From NCBI GenBank assembly GCA_964016885.1, contig OZ024742.1, forward strand, positions 179,180,001 through 179,244,000: DNA of 64,000 nt. The letters are read 5' to 3'. Under the pieces are notes generated by a model that was given only the letters and a program-made list of their open reading frames with translations, made no database searches and was not told the DNA's origin. Position numbers and translations under genes: made by a program. Source of the DNA: Eledone cirrhosa. Taxonomy: Eukaryota. Positions 31,006 to 45,334 of this stretch are shown in pieces. Position 1 is the stretch's first letter. Every line of letters begins with the position of its first letter.

Positions 31006-31106
31006 TAAAGTCGTGTAGAATCTCATCTATATTAAAACTTTTATACTCTGCTATGTGTTGAGTACCTTACTTACTGTGGTTACCTCCGATTCAACACGGA
31101 ATAACG

Positions 31107-31137
<31 letters not shown>

Positions 31138-31248
31138 ATATATGTAGGAGGTGAGTTTTATTGTAGTACAATAAAGCAATGCAGATATCGGATAATAAGC
31201 ACTCTACAGTTTGTAGGACTGGAGTATACATATGTTCTTATATATATG

Positions 31249-31475
<227 letters not shown>

Positions 31476-31737
31476 GTAAAAAAATGAAATTTTATTTCTC
31501 ACTCTTAGTACGGCTGTTAATTAAATATAAGTATGTATACGTACATACATATAGGTATACAGACGTACAGTAGTATGTATATATATATACATACATGCAC
31601 ACATATATATATATATGTACTAATTGATTCACCGAACATTTATTATAATGCCCGGTGTGTTTGTAAACAAACATCCCGAATTAAGCCGTACAGTGTCTAG
31701 CAACCATCGTTGCTCATTTGTTCTCACTGATAGAGGA

Positions 31738-31780
31738 ACGCTGTACAAGTTTCAAGCTTATTAGCTATCGTCAGCAACGT
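31738..31780 (-). ncRNA. Hammerhead family H
   Basis: Reverse complement: acgttg CTGACGA t agct-aata-agct t GAAA cttg TA cagcgt. Confidence 0.75.
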
Positions 31781-31949
31781 ATACCTTCCTGCCAGATGGT
31801 TGAACGTCTGAAAGTATATACTTTCTTTATTCATATTAACGGCTGAGCAGCCTAATTTGCATATCGAGTGAGTTAATCGGCCGGGGTACCGAAAACGATA
31901 AACGGAAAGTATATACTTTCAGACGTTCAACCATCTGGCAGGAAGGTAT

Positions 31950-31992
31950 ACGTTGCTGACGATAGCTAATAAGCTTGAAACTAGCACAGCGT
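31950..31992 (+). ncRNA. Hammerhead family H (U16.1 changed to C)
   Basis: acgttg CTGACGA t agct-aata-agct t GAAA ctag CA cagcgt. Confidence 0.65.
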
Positions 31993-32355
31993 TCCTTTGT
32001 CAGTGTTGAACAAATGAACACGATGGTTGCTAGACACAGTACGGCTTAATTCGGGATGTTTGTTTACAAACACACCGAGCATTATAATAAATGTTCGGTG
32101 AATGCATACGTACATATATGTATGTGTGCATGTATGTATATATATATACATACTACGGTACGTCTTTATACATATATGTATGTAAGTATACATACTTATA
32201 TTTAAGTAACAGTCATACTAACTGGATATGCAAATTAGGCTGCTCAGCCGTTAATATGCATATATATACATATATATACATATATATATATATATGTATG
32301 TACATATATATACATATATATATACATATATATATATATATGTACATATATATAT

Positions 32356-32426
<71 letters not shown>

Positions 32427-32433
32427 TATATAT

Positions 32434-32498
<65 letters not shown>

Positions 32499-32642
32499 CA
32501 TATATATACATATATATATACATATATATATATATGTACATATATATACCTATGTACATATATATACCTATATATACATATATATATATATATATGTACA
32601 TATATATATATATGTACATATATATATATATATATGTACATA

Positions 32643-32826
32643 TTTCGTTTCTGAATTTGGCGTAGGATAGAAGAAAGGAAAGGCACAGAAACGAAGAAAG
32701 AAATCCCCAGTCACTGAAGAGGTCACAGAGTGTGTGACGAAAGAACTATGACTATATATATATAAAAAACTATCTGGTGCGTGTGTTTCTTATTGGCAGC
32801 ATGACCCTCCCAAAGTGTAACAATAT
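32643..32826 (+). mobile_element. PLE-A mini relic: ~15-bp inverted tail + hammerhead pLTR with internal deletion
   Basis: tttcgtttctgaattt joined to ggcgtaggatag...; hammerhead at 32709-32753 matches 5721-5765; deletion between ctggt microhomologies. Confidence 0.85.
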
Positions 32827-32868
32827 ATGTACATATATATATATATATGTACATATATATATATGTAC

Positions 32869-32901
<33 letters not shown>

Positions 32902-32948
32902 CATATATATTAATACATATATATATATACATATATATATACATATAC

Positions 32949-33030
<82 letters not shown>

Positions 33031-33034
33031 ATAC

Positions 33035-33103
<69 letters not shown>

Positions 33104-33111
33104 CATACATA

Positions 33112-33161
<50 letters not shown>

Positions 33162-33195
33162 CATATATATATATACATATATATATATACATATA

Positions 33196-33243
<48 letters not shown>

Positions 33244-33256
33244 CATATATATATAT

Positions 33257-33291
<35 letters not shown>

Positions 33292-33343
33292 CATATATGT
33301 ATATATGTACATATATATATATATGTACATATATATATATATA

Positions 33344-33453
<110 letters not shown>

Positions 33454-33577
33454 GGAGGCGAGTTTTATTGTAGTACAATAAAGCAATGCAGATATCGGAT
33501 AAGAAGTACTCTACAGTTGTAGGACTGGAGTATAAATAATATATCAGATCAAAAGATGGTTAAAAGAGTTCCATGAA

Positions 33578-33644
33578 TTTTATTATGCGCATTTCAAAAA
33601 CAAATATCATCATGCGATGACATTTGCGTTTTCGTCAGATAAAA
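33578..33644 (-). ncRNA. Type-I hammerhead (family I)
   Basis: Reverse complement: ttttat CTGACGA aaacgcaaatgtcatc-gcat-gatgatatttgttttt GAAA tgcgca TA ataaaa; palindromic helix III ATGCGCAT. Confidence 0.85.
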
Positions 33645-34689
33645 TAGGGAGACATAATATGAAGGTTAAAAAACACTTGTGAATAGTGCAGTTTTAAATC
33701 AACATATGAAAAGTAGTTTTAGATTGATGTGTGATATTGGGAAAAAAATTGAGGGGGTTGGAAAGGATGAAAAAGAGGAGGAGATGAGAGTAAAGAATGG
33801 GAGAGGAGGAGTATAATAAGAAAGGATGAGATAGGAGGAGAGATGGGGATATATAGAGAGAGATAACTTTTATAACTGAGAAAAATGTATTGTTTTACAG
33901 AGAGAGGTTAAAAAACCGTTGGAAGATAATATATAAATTAAAAGAATTCGAAAATTAACGAAGAGAAAAATTTAAAAATAATGTTAAATTAAGGTTTTTA
34001 TATTGAAGGGTTTAATAATATGTGCGATGAAAAGAAATTGTTTATATGTATTAAGAATAATATTAAGTTATGGTTTGAATATTGAAGGGTTTAATAATAT
34101 GTGCGATGAAAAGAAATTGTTATGTATTATTAAAAAAAAAAAAAATAGTAACGTAATTAAGGATATATTGTGAAAAGAAGTAGAAGAGTGAATGAATATG
34201 TGTAATATGTAGAAGTTAGATGAGCATGAAAGGGAGGAAAAAATAATGAATTGAGGATGTTTATGTTTATGAAGGATTTTTCAAGGTGATACTATAAAGT
34301 GTTTAAAAGGTTAATAGTAAATTTTATGGCCAGTGATAGGATGGAAGAAGGAACAGTGGATATATTGTCGTGAGTAATAATGAGAATTGAGAAGTATCTA
34401 GGAAGAAAAGGTACAGATTAGAGATTAGAAATTAAAAGAAAAAAGGAAAAAAGAGGAAGAAAGGGAAGCGATAAATAGGAGTGATATAGAATGAGTAACT
34501 TGTATTATATAATGTATAATAAATAACATTGAAATAAGGTAGAAATATGGGTATATTTTTAAAGAAATATATATGTATATATATATATATGTGCCTTTGA
34601 GATAAAAGGATTTTAAATTGGTAAAGTATTAGATATTAGCTGTATACTATATGGAATGTTCTGTGGAATCTATGCAAGCAGAGACAAAA

Positions 34690-35893
34690 CAAGTCAGTGC
34701 GTCTATTTATTATAGAATCTAAATTAGATATAATGGTAAATTTCTCACATAAATAGAGATTACATGTCTTGGATAGAGAGGCATTCAAGTATGGAGAAGC
34801 AGAACAAACCTTCCTCTAAGAGATGTTATAGTTAATATTTTTGTCTTTCAAGGACCATATGAGTTCTGAGAGTGCCGTGTTGGTTCTTTTAAGTTGGTAT
34901 TATGATGATTATAAAGACGTTCTTTAAAGGAGGTGCAAGTGGATCCAAAATAGGTAAAGGAATTGGTGTCAGTTATAACTTTACATTCATAGATTAAGTT
35001 TTTTTCAAGACAATGGTTGTTGAGAGGACATTTATTTTTAACAGGGCAATTACAATTGCGATTAGAGAAATTAACAGAGTTATTAACAAGTGACCTAGTG
35101 TTATCTATAGAAGGAATTGGATTGGAGGAGTTATTTACGATAGGAATAATAGTTTCTTGATTTAAATTGGGATTAAGAACATTTAACAAAGTTGCGTTTG
35201 ACGTTGTATTTGGGTTTGCAGAAATTAGCCTAGAGTTAACAATGACGTCGGGAGTACTATTACTATTATTATGATATTCAGTGTTGGAAGGAAGAGATTT
35301 AGTATTTAGTATTTTATTGTTGTGTTTAGAGATAATGTTGGAGATGTTGGAGGAGGTCGAATAGGAAAATGTTATAGTGTGTTTGTTAAATATTTTACTA
35401 TAGATATGTGAGGGAGGGAAGCATTTATTTAAGGCACTAAAGAATAATTTAGGAATATTATTATTAAGAGAGACGAAGAAAGGAGCATTATACCAGATTA
35501 TGTTTTTGTATCTAGGTCTTTTATTAAAGTTATTGGAATGATCATGATTAATTATTCTACTGTAAGATCTTCTGGAATTTGTTTCTTTACTATATTTGAT
35601 TTTATCAGGATAACCGGCTTTAGAAAGCGCGTTTTTATAGTAATTGGCGTTAGCATCAGAGATGTTTTTATTAGATGATAGGTTGGATATTCTTTTTCCA
35701 ATATTACTAACTATAGCATTCTTAATATTAGTGTGGTGGTTAGATTTAAAATTAACATAATTTAGATTCTCATTGTTTTTATGGTAAAGGTAATATAGGC
35801 CAGTGTCAAGATTAAGTGATACATCCAAGAAATTAGTTAGTTTGATGTTGTTATCAAATTTAATTTTTAAGTTATGTTGGTTAAAGTGATTAC
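34690..35893 (-). pseudogene. PLE RT C-terminus/thumb + CNC-CPL-C linker + GIY-YIG (Naiad-like), frameshifted near 34880
   Basis: NFLDVSLNL..YVNFKSNH..RISNLSS..Y..AL..AGY..IIWYNAPF..FPPSH..IFNKHT..SYST..CNCPVKNKCPLNNHCLEKNLIYECKV..YFGST..FKERLYNH. Confidence 0.88.
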
Positions 35894-36135
35894 GCCAAGA
35901 TGGCGTAGGACAGAACAAAGGAGAGGCACAAAAAACAAAGAAAAGAATCCCCAGTCACTGAAGAGGTCACAGAATGTGTGACGAAAGAACTTTGACAATA
36001 TATAAACAACCATCTGGTTGTGGAACCAACCAACCAACCGGAAATTTATAAATTCATAAATTATAATAAATTGAAGTGAAAGTAATTAGTGCATGTGTTT
36101 CATATTGGCAACATGACCCTCCCAAAGTAAAAAAA
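35894..36135 (+). mobile_element. PLE-A-type pLTR with hammerhead (35953-35996)
   Basis: Aligns with 27256-27500. Confidence 0.85.
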
Positions 36136-36157
36136 TACATATATATGCATATATATA

Positions 36158-36208
<51 letters not shown>

Positions 36209-36221
36209 TATATATATGTAC

Positions 36222-36252
<31 letters not shown>

Positions 36253-36390
36253 TATGTACATATATATATATATGTACATATATATATATATGTACATATA
36301 TATATATATGTACATGTATATATATATGTATATATATATACACATATATATATATGTACATATATATATATATGTACATATATATATATA

Positions 36391-36444
<54 letters not shown>

Positions 36445-36458
36445 TATATATATATATA

Positions 36459-36521
<63 letters not shown>

Positions 36522-36694
36522 CTGCTCTGTAGAACAACTGATGTTATTACATTGAGCTATTTATCTTACTGGTAATAAGGTAGTAATAAATTACTGTCTT
36601 TCACTGTTTAGGGTTTAGAATATACATAACTATAAAAAGTTTTAGTATATACATAACCATAAATAGTATCCTTAATACTACATATATATATATA

Positions 36695-36764
<70 letters not shown>

Positions 36765-36812
36765 TATATATATGTATGTATATATATATATATAAATATT
36801 TATATATATATT

Positions 36813-36843
<31 letters not shown>

Positions 36844-36847
36844 GAAC

Positions 36848-36879
<32 letters not shown>

Positions 36880-37044
36880 GTACATATATATATGTACATA
36901 TATATATATGCACATATATATATATATGTACACATGTATATATATGTACATATATATATATATGCACATATATATATATGTACACATGTATATATATATA
37001 CATGCACATATATATACATATATATATATATATTTACACATGTA

Positions 37045-37094
<50 letters not shown>

Positions 37095-37178
37095 ATATAT
37101 ATATATACATATATATATATATAATATATATATATAATATATACATATATATATATAATATATATATATAATATATAC

Positions 37179-37209
<31 letters not shown>

Positions 37210-37216
37210 ATATATC

Positions 37217-37308
<92 letters not shown>

Positions 37309-37376
37309 CATATATATATACATATATATATATGTATATATATACATATATATATATATATACACATATATATATA

Positions 37377-37479
<103 letters not shown>

Positions 37480-37491
37480 AGACATATGTGC

Positions 37492-37544
<53 letters not shown>

Positions 37545-37719
37545 TATATATATATATATACATATATACATATATATACATATATATATATATGGATGTA
37601 TATATAATGTATTTTGCAATACACTTTATGCTCAATTAAAAGCATTTTGAAGACCGTAAGCTACTGTTTTAAAGTAGTGACAAATTCACTTACTTTGATC
37701 TCAGCAAACAGGGGAGATA

Positions 37720-37763
37720 AGCCCACAAGTCTTGTTTCGCTTTGGTTGAAGCTTATCAAGGCC
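37720..37763 (-). ncRNA. Hammerhead family E, diverged copy (GUG triplet, likely inactive)
   Basis: Reverse complement: ggcc TTGATAA gctt-caacca-aagc GAAA caag-a-cttg TG ggct. Confidence 0.65.
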
Positions 37764-37983
37764 AACTACCCCTCCTGTCTACCGAGATCACTGATGTTAT
37801 ATTCCTATAGAAATCTAGTAAATAATCAGGAGCTGATTATGCAGAGCGGTTGTTGGTCAGGCAGAAATTAAAAATTAGAATTCTAATTTTTAATTTTAAT
37901 TTTTAATTGAAGCATAAAGTGTATTGCAAAATACATTATATATACATCCATATATATATTGCTATTTCAGAGCTCCAATTCTA

Positions 37984-38023
<40 letters not shown>

Positions 38024-38321
38024 TTTTGTGTGTGTGCAAAGATAAATTAATATAAAGTAAATAGAAATGAATATATAACACTAGGAGAAATGATACCAAC
38101 ATGAGGCACAACATGGGGGCTTCTACACTGTCGTTTGACCTTGTAAAACAGCAGCCAAATCCCTCCATATTTGCCTTCATATTACAGAAACCCTAATTGA
38201 CAGAAATACCAGCTAAGTCTTCCTTGAAAGTGACAGACATGATGAGAAGAAGAGAAGGTCGGAGGAAAGGGAGAAATCAAAAGTACAGAATTGATTACTT
38301 CCGATTACCACCGGGTATCCA

Positions 38322-38360
<39 letters not shown>

Positions 38361-38365
<5 letters not shown>

Positions 38366-38520
38366 AACGACCAGGATCCCCACGGTTGAGCTCAAGCCGT
38401 TTCGACGGCTTGAGCTCAGCCGTCGGGGTCCGACTCGTTCCTATTACCCACTCTACTACCCTAAGTATTGAGTACTTTGGTGCGTTATGGACCACCTGGT
38501 TCCTTACCACATTTCCTTCG

Positions 38521-38522
<2 letters not shown>
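38361..38522. mobile_element. Short fold-back relic of the 8901-10270 PLE family
   Basis: ataggaacga...gagctcaagccgt-ttcg-acggcttgagctc...tcgttcctat followed by the family tail. Confidence 0.75.
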
Positions 38523-38558
<36 letters not shown>

Positions 38559-38647
38559 GTTTGGATTCCCGGTGGTAATCGGAAGTGACCAATGTTAAAA
38601 AAGGTACTCAATACGCTAGTAGAGTATAGGCTATACATATATTTATT

Positions 38648-38693
<46 letters not shown>

Positions 38694-38694
38694 A

Positions 38695-38791
<97 letters not shown>

Positions 38792-38796
38792 AATAT

Positions 38797-38875
<79 letters not shown>

Positions 38876-38880
38876 AATAT

Positions 38881-38949
<69 letters not shown>

Positions 38950-39058
38950 TATTTATATATATATATATATATATACATATACATACGTTATATATGTATG
39001 AGAGAGAGGAGAGAGGGAAGGTGGACAGAGATTGAAAGGAAATTAAAACCACACCCAC

Positions 39059-39257
39059 CTATAACGTTATCTGTTGGTGCCTGCTCTGTGATGTTGATGC
39101 GACAGGAGTGTGGTGGAATGATTATGACAATATGAAGTCCTGCAGATGTGGGCTGCTTCTGCTTTGACACGATCACATGACGGCATTCCTTTTCGTTGGT
39201 GCTGTTGTCATCTGACGGATAATCACAACAGCTGGCGGAAGTTTCGTGTAACAATGC
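39059..39257 (-). CDS. Candidate host internal exon (199 bp), product unknown
   Basis: Non-repetitive open frame [66 protein letters not shown], bounded by ctttatatctattgacAG and GTgggt. Confidence 0.45.
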
Positions 39258-40509
39258 CTGTCAATAGATATAAAGATGACAAGATCTAGTAAATCCACAT
39301 AAAAATATACAGTAGCAACATCTCATATTTCTTGCTACGGTGTAAAACATTCAAAACTTGGTTCATTGGGTCCATGGAACAACTTTCATTTGATATTTTG
39401 CAAAGGATAAGAGATGGTAATTTTATCAATTAAATGTTTCGTAATTGTTTTGATTTATTTTTACAATTTTCTTTTAGATATAAGTCATTTACTTAATTGA
39501 TAATTTAATATGATATTCAAAATACGGCAATGTAGCGGAGTCGTGAGAACGTCGAATAGAATATTTTTGCGGTATCCCTTCCCGTTCCCTGTGCTTCGAG
39601 GTCAACTTCGTCGTTCATCTTTTCGAGGTTAATAAAAGAAGTACCACTCCGATATTTCCTCTATATATTTTTCTCGATACTTTAGCATTATTTTCTCTTT
39701 CTCTGGAATACATAGGCTATGCTCAGATATGGAGAGGAGATGTCCCAGATTTAAAACGCGCAAGAAACGCCATATGTCACTAGGCAGTCATAAGAGTCGA
39801 TCAAGTGTTATGTGTCCTTACATACATACAAACAATATGATATTCAACAGTGTTCTAATGTCGTATGTACATCTATTTATGTAAATAGAAACTATGCTGT
39901 GAGTGCTAAACCGCCGTCGGCTCCGACGATAAATATTCCAGTTGATTAGATCAACAGAACAGTCTGCTCGGGAAATTAACGTACAAGTGGCTGGGCCTTT
40001 CATAGACATCACCTTTAAGATAGTTCTCCAGATAATCCAGTGTGACACAGAATGTGACAAGGTTGCTTCTTCTAACTACAGGTACAACACATTGTTGCCA
40101 CCTGAGTGAATTACAGCAACGTGAAATAAAATGTTTTGCCGAAGGACACAAACCGTCACCTGGAATCGAACTCACAACTTCACAGACTATTACGCCACGC
40201 ATCTTCAACTAAACCAAAACTACCAGTAGCTGAACTAACTGGTAAATAATTCTACTAGTGTCCCTATGGCAATTACTTGGTAAAACTCTATTCCTAATCA
40301 TTTCTTTAAATGAATGAACCCATAAATTCTAGAGAACTCGTAGGGCGCCGTAGTGTCATACAACATTTCTTGGGCATTTTAATCTGGCGGAGTCTATCTT
40401 CTCTCTAGGTCTGAACACAGCTAACTTCTTCCAAAGAAGGAGAGAGTGTGTGTGTGATAGAGAGAATGCGAAAGAGAGATATAGGAGAAGTAATGACCAC
40501 AGTATTAAT

Positions 40510-40735
40510 ATTGTTTCTACTTTGGGCATAAGGCCAGCAATTTTTTTAAGGGGAAGGGAAAGTCGATTAAATCGACCCCTAGTGCTTTAGTGGTGCTTTA
40601 TTTTATCGACCCCATAAGGATGAAAGGCAAAGTTAACTTCGGCGGGATTTGAACTCATACCGTAAAGGGACGTAACTCGATGCTGAAAAGGCATGGCGTC
40701 CGACTCTCTACCGATGCTGTCAATCCACCGCCCTT
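40510..40735 (-). mobile_element. tRNA-derived Meta-like SINE
   Basis: Matches the family consensus; older related pieces lie on either side. Confidence 0.8.
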
Positions 40736-42727
40736 GACCTCAGTATTATTATCGCGCCCGAAAGGATCTATAGCAAAGTTGAACTTGGCTGTATTTGAAG
40801 TCAGAGAGCTGGAAGGAATACCGCAAAGCGTTCTATCCAACGTTCTTTACGACTCTCCCAATTCGCCGCCTGTGTCTCTGAATATTATATTTTAAAAAAT
40901 ATTTATAACTAACAACATATATACTGTTGTCTCCATGGAATATCTAGAGATGTAGCAGAATGAGAAGAAAGTTATGAGTTCAGCGTATATTTACTTTCTG
41001 CCATGGTTGATAAAATAGGTATCTATAACTTGTACTTGTGTACATTATATTGACTACACGCCCACCCCATCTGGAAATATCGGGTTTTGTCTCTGTGTCG
41101 GTGTTGTTCAAAAGGAGTTCTGAAATATCTCGGAGTTCATCGAAAATAATTCTGAACTTCCTTGAAACTCAATTTCAATAAAGTTTTGTGCAATTTCATT
41201 CTATATATTTTTTTATCTCAATAATTCTCTCTGTTCTTCCATTTAGTGTCTTATTAGAAATAAAGTTATAAGTACTATCCTTAAATATATAGGGGCGGAA
41301 TTTCGCGCTATAAAGTATATTTTAATAAAACATTTTATTACGTTTTTTTTTTCTTATCAATATATTTTTGAAAACAATTTAATTTAATTTAATGTCTTAT
41401 TTAAATCAGAGCCGGGTTGTCCGTAACATATAAATATGGGTTACGCGATTTTTTTTATAGTATAAAGATTCTAAGACAAAATAAGTCGGAGAACAAATGG
41501 TATAAAAATATATTGGAATTGCTTAAGCGTTCTGCGTTCAAATCCCACCAAGGTAGATTAAGCCGTTTATCCTTCCATAGGCGTCAATAAAATATGCACC
41601 TGTCAAGTATTAGCTTCAACATTAATTACTTTTCTTGTGCTTATGTTAGAAATTATTTTTGGAAGTCTGGCCAGTTGACAGAATCGTTAGAGATTCGGAT
41701 AATATGTCGTGCGGTATTTACTTATGGCCCTTATGTTCTGATTTGAAATCCCGCTGAGGTCAAGTTTACTATTCATCCTTAAAATAAAAGACAAGTAATG
41801 AACTCAATATTAGTAACTGTTCTTCCACTAAAAGGGCTTTGTGCTCTTATCAAAAATCCTTGACTGGCAGAAACGTTAAAACGGAGGCGGGGGCACTCCT
41901 TTATGTTTCAACAGGCGTTTCTGATATCTGTTTATCTCACAGCAAAACTATCATGACCCTATACATATATCATATCAACAACATTTGAAACCACTATCTC
42001 TTAAAGTGTGGGTGGCTTTTTCGAACTCTCTAAAGACAGACTTTCTTCAGTAATCATCACTAACCTCACAGATACTGTGAGGGATCTATCTCGAAGCCCT
42101 TATGACACAACGTAGTCATTTATTAGAGAGATTGGGAATGGAGGGAGGGAGAGAAGAAAGAATAATCGACTCTAGTATTTGATTAATTCTTTATTTATTA
42201 ACCTTGAAAGAATAAAAAAAACGAAGTTTATTTCGGCAGGATATGAAATCAAAGCGCACGGAAAGTCGCAAGGTATTCTGTCACGCCTTCTGGCAATTCG
42301 TTGCCTATGCACATCATACATGCTACAGAAATTTCTACATCACAGCAACAATACTGAATCATAATAACAACAACAGCAACAGCAACCACAATTATCACAG
42401 ACAAAACAGCAACAAAAGTCACAGCCACCCATACCAACAACAACAACAACAACAACAACAACAGCAGCAATATGAATATGTACACCATCATATAAGTATG
42501 TCAGAGATATCTTTACATCTTTTTTTACAACCACAGCAACATTGACAGCCACAATTACATAACAACAACAACAACAACAATAACAACAGCAGCTACATGA
42601 CCCTGTACACCCTCATATATGTAACAGAAATCTCGACAGTTCAAGTATGATGTCAACAAATCTTGATAATTCTGTAAAATAAAACCGAGTCATTAATTTG
42701 AAGCAGTGAAACTAACTTTAGATAAAC

Positions 42728-43175
42728 AAACAACACCAACTACAATAACAACAACAACAACTGTAACAACACCAACTACAATAACAACAACAACAGCAAC
42801 TGTAACAACACCAACTACAATAACAACAACAACAGCAACTGTAACAACACCAACTACAATAACAACAACAACACCACCACCACCACCACCAACAACAACA
42901 CCAACTACAATAACAACAACAACAACAACAACACCACCACCAACTACAATAACAACAACAACAACAACAACACCACCACCAACTACAATAACAACAACAA
43001 CAACAACAACAACACCAACTACAATAACAACAACAGCAACAACACCACCACCACCAACAACAACAACACCAACTACAATAACAATAACAACAGCAACACC
43101 AACTACAATAACAATAACAACAGCAACTGTAACAACACCAACTACAATAACAACAACAACAACAACAACAACAAC
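42728..43175. repeat. (ACA)n/(CCA)n-derived minisatellite
   Basis: Recurrent ccaactacaataacaacaac units. Confidence 0.9.
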
Positions 43176-43488
43176 TCACTAAAACAAGATTAGTGAAACA
43201 TCTGGGACTTATAGCTAGAGATGTTTTATCTCTCTCTCTCTTTATATGTTTTTCATTCAATCTGCTTTCTCTCTCTTTCTCTCTTCATCTGTTGTTCTTT
43301 CAACTTGTTTCTCTCTCTCTCTCTCTTTTTTCTCTCTATCTCATCTCTCTCTCTCTTCATCTGTTGTTCTTTCAATCTGTTCACTCTCTCTCTCCCTCTC
43401 TCTTTCTCACCCCTCTCTTCATTTGTTGTTCTTTCACACTTTTTATTTTCCATTCTCTCTGTTTTGTCGATTTGTTGTTCTTTCACTC

Positions 43489-43559
<71 letters not shown>

Positions 43560-44079
43560 TGCATTTATTGTTCTTTCCCTCTGTTTATCTCCTTCCTTTC
43601 ATCTCTCTCTTCATTTGATGTCTTTCACTCTGTTTATCTCTCTCTCGCCCTCTGTTTCTCTTTCCTTTACAATTCACAAATCCTCTTCCTCCACAATCAA
43701 GTCTATACCCACTACACATTGTTACTAGTGAAATATGCTACTTGTGGTTCTAAGGGTGAAGTGGCTGTGCTAGTGCATGACATACGAATGTCTGCTTGCA
43801 TCTATGGAAACAAAACAAAAGTAAATAAGAAGACAAACCGAGAACCACATCTCGCAGCTCCCTAACTATCCTCCGGAGAAACGTCTTTTCCATTCTGTCC
43901 GCCGGTGTTGTGGGGAGGCCAGCACGTGGGACCCCATTTGCTCACCATACAGAGAGATGGGGATGGCGAGAGAGATGGGGGCGATGACAGTGGGGAGTTC
44001 GGCTCTTCCACGTTCGGACCATATCCTTGTGGTTGCGTTCATTATCCATAGCGACAAGTTATTCTGATTCTCCACACCA

Positions 44080-44211
44080 TTATGACTCTGTTGACTTTAT
44101 GACGAGGTTGACTTTGCCTTTCATCCTTACGGGGTCGATAAAATAAAGTACCAGTAATGCACTGGATAATTGCTGGCCTTGTGCCTAAAGTAGAAACAAT
44201 TATGACTCTGT
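44080..44211 (+). mobile_element. 5'-truncated SINE with target-site duplication
   Basis: attatgactctgt occurs on both sides (about 44079-44091 and 44199-44211). Confidence 0.75.
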
Positions 44212-44229
44212 CTATCAAGATATTGCGTA

Positions 44230-44490
44230 CAACAACAACATCCAGAAGAAGAGCCACCCAAGCAGGTATTGTAGGATCAACGGCACGACATGGGAAAAGA
44301 TAGTGGACGTCTTGTTACATATATTGACAACCTGATGTAGGATATGGGCTTGGAATGTTTCTAGGAACTGAAGATGGTAATGGCAGCCAAAAGAGAGTGG
44401 TGGATATAATGTCAAATACATTGACAACTTGATGTAGGATACGGGCTTAGAATCTATCCAGGAACTGAAGATGGTAATGATACCCAAATA
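44230..44490 (+). mobile_element. Decayed RTE/RTE-X-like LINE C-terminus with internal duplication
   Basis: HPEEEPPKQVL..RHG..GR..TYIDNLM*DMGL..ELKMVM..REW. Confidence 0.5.
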
Positions 44491-45334
44491 AGTGTAGAAA
44501 AGGGCTTTCGTTGCTTTGACCTAGGTTCGATAGAATAGGGTAACAGTCAAGGCTCTTTATTTATGATCCAGATTATTTTATCTCGCCCCCTCCCTCTCTC
44601 TCTAATGGTTATATTGTAAGAGGTAGCATAGGGAACCGTCCAATACGATCTTTTCTCAAAATAAAATCGAGAAAAATCGAGAGAGCCACTGACATCTTCC
44701 CATGGAAAACAAAAAAAATGATATGCTATTGAAGCTACTCATGGTTCAGTTGATGTACAGTACAGCACTGAAGAGAAATAAGATAGATCCAGTAGGAAAT
44801 GACAGATTCAGTGGGGATAAAAGGAACACATGTAAGACCATTGTTGTTGTGTAGCCCCATCTCAGCCTATATCGAGTGTCAACCAGAATAGATAGGTAAT
44901 AGGCCAAAATGACTAGGTGTGACACAGTAAAACGATATACCGCTGAACAGATTCATCGATGTGTGTTTCAGTTGTTAGATCAAGGAACATCCTGCTCGTA
45001 AATTAAGAAGTAATTGTATAAGGATTCAACAAACACATGCATCCTTAGCGTAATCCTCAGGGTGATACAGTGTGATACAATATGCGATGAGGCTGGCCAT
45101 TTGAATTATAGGCACTACAAACAATTTCCATCATCCCAATTTTACTAACGAAGCTTCAATTGCTCCAATGACACTTGCTAAACATGTCACGCAGTGGGAT
45201 CAAACCCATGCCCAATGATTGCGAAGCAAAGCTCTTAACCATTTGACCATATTCCGTCCATGCTTAAATGGTAGCCGCTTACTAATCAATAGAAATGAGT
45301 GAAGAAAATACAAAGGAAAGGAAAGAAGCCGGTC

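Larger units (their letters stand above)
31485..32245. mobile_element. Fold-back PLE terminal relic (family H)
   Basis: About 31510-31825 is inverted against 31905-32222; a single copy lies at 55226-55600. Confidence 0.8.

Noticed and set aside
34960-35065. Selenocysteine (in-frame TGA) of the kind reported for some Naiad PLEs
   Set aside because: The Cys positions of the CNC..CPL..C linker translate as ordinary Cys; no in-frame TGA at these sites, nor in PLE-A.
42706-43260. Mucin-like Thr/Pro ORF and antisense poly-Cys ORF
   Set aside because: Pure trinucleotide-derived minisatellite; non-ATG starts and no signal peptide or splice support.
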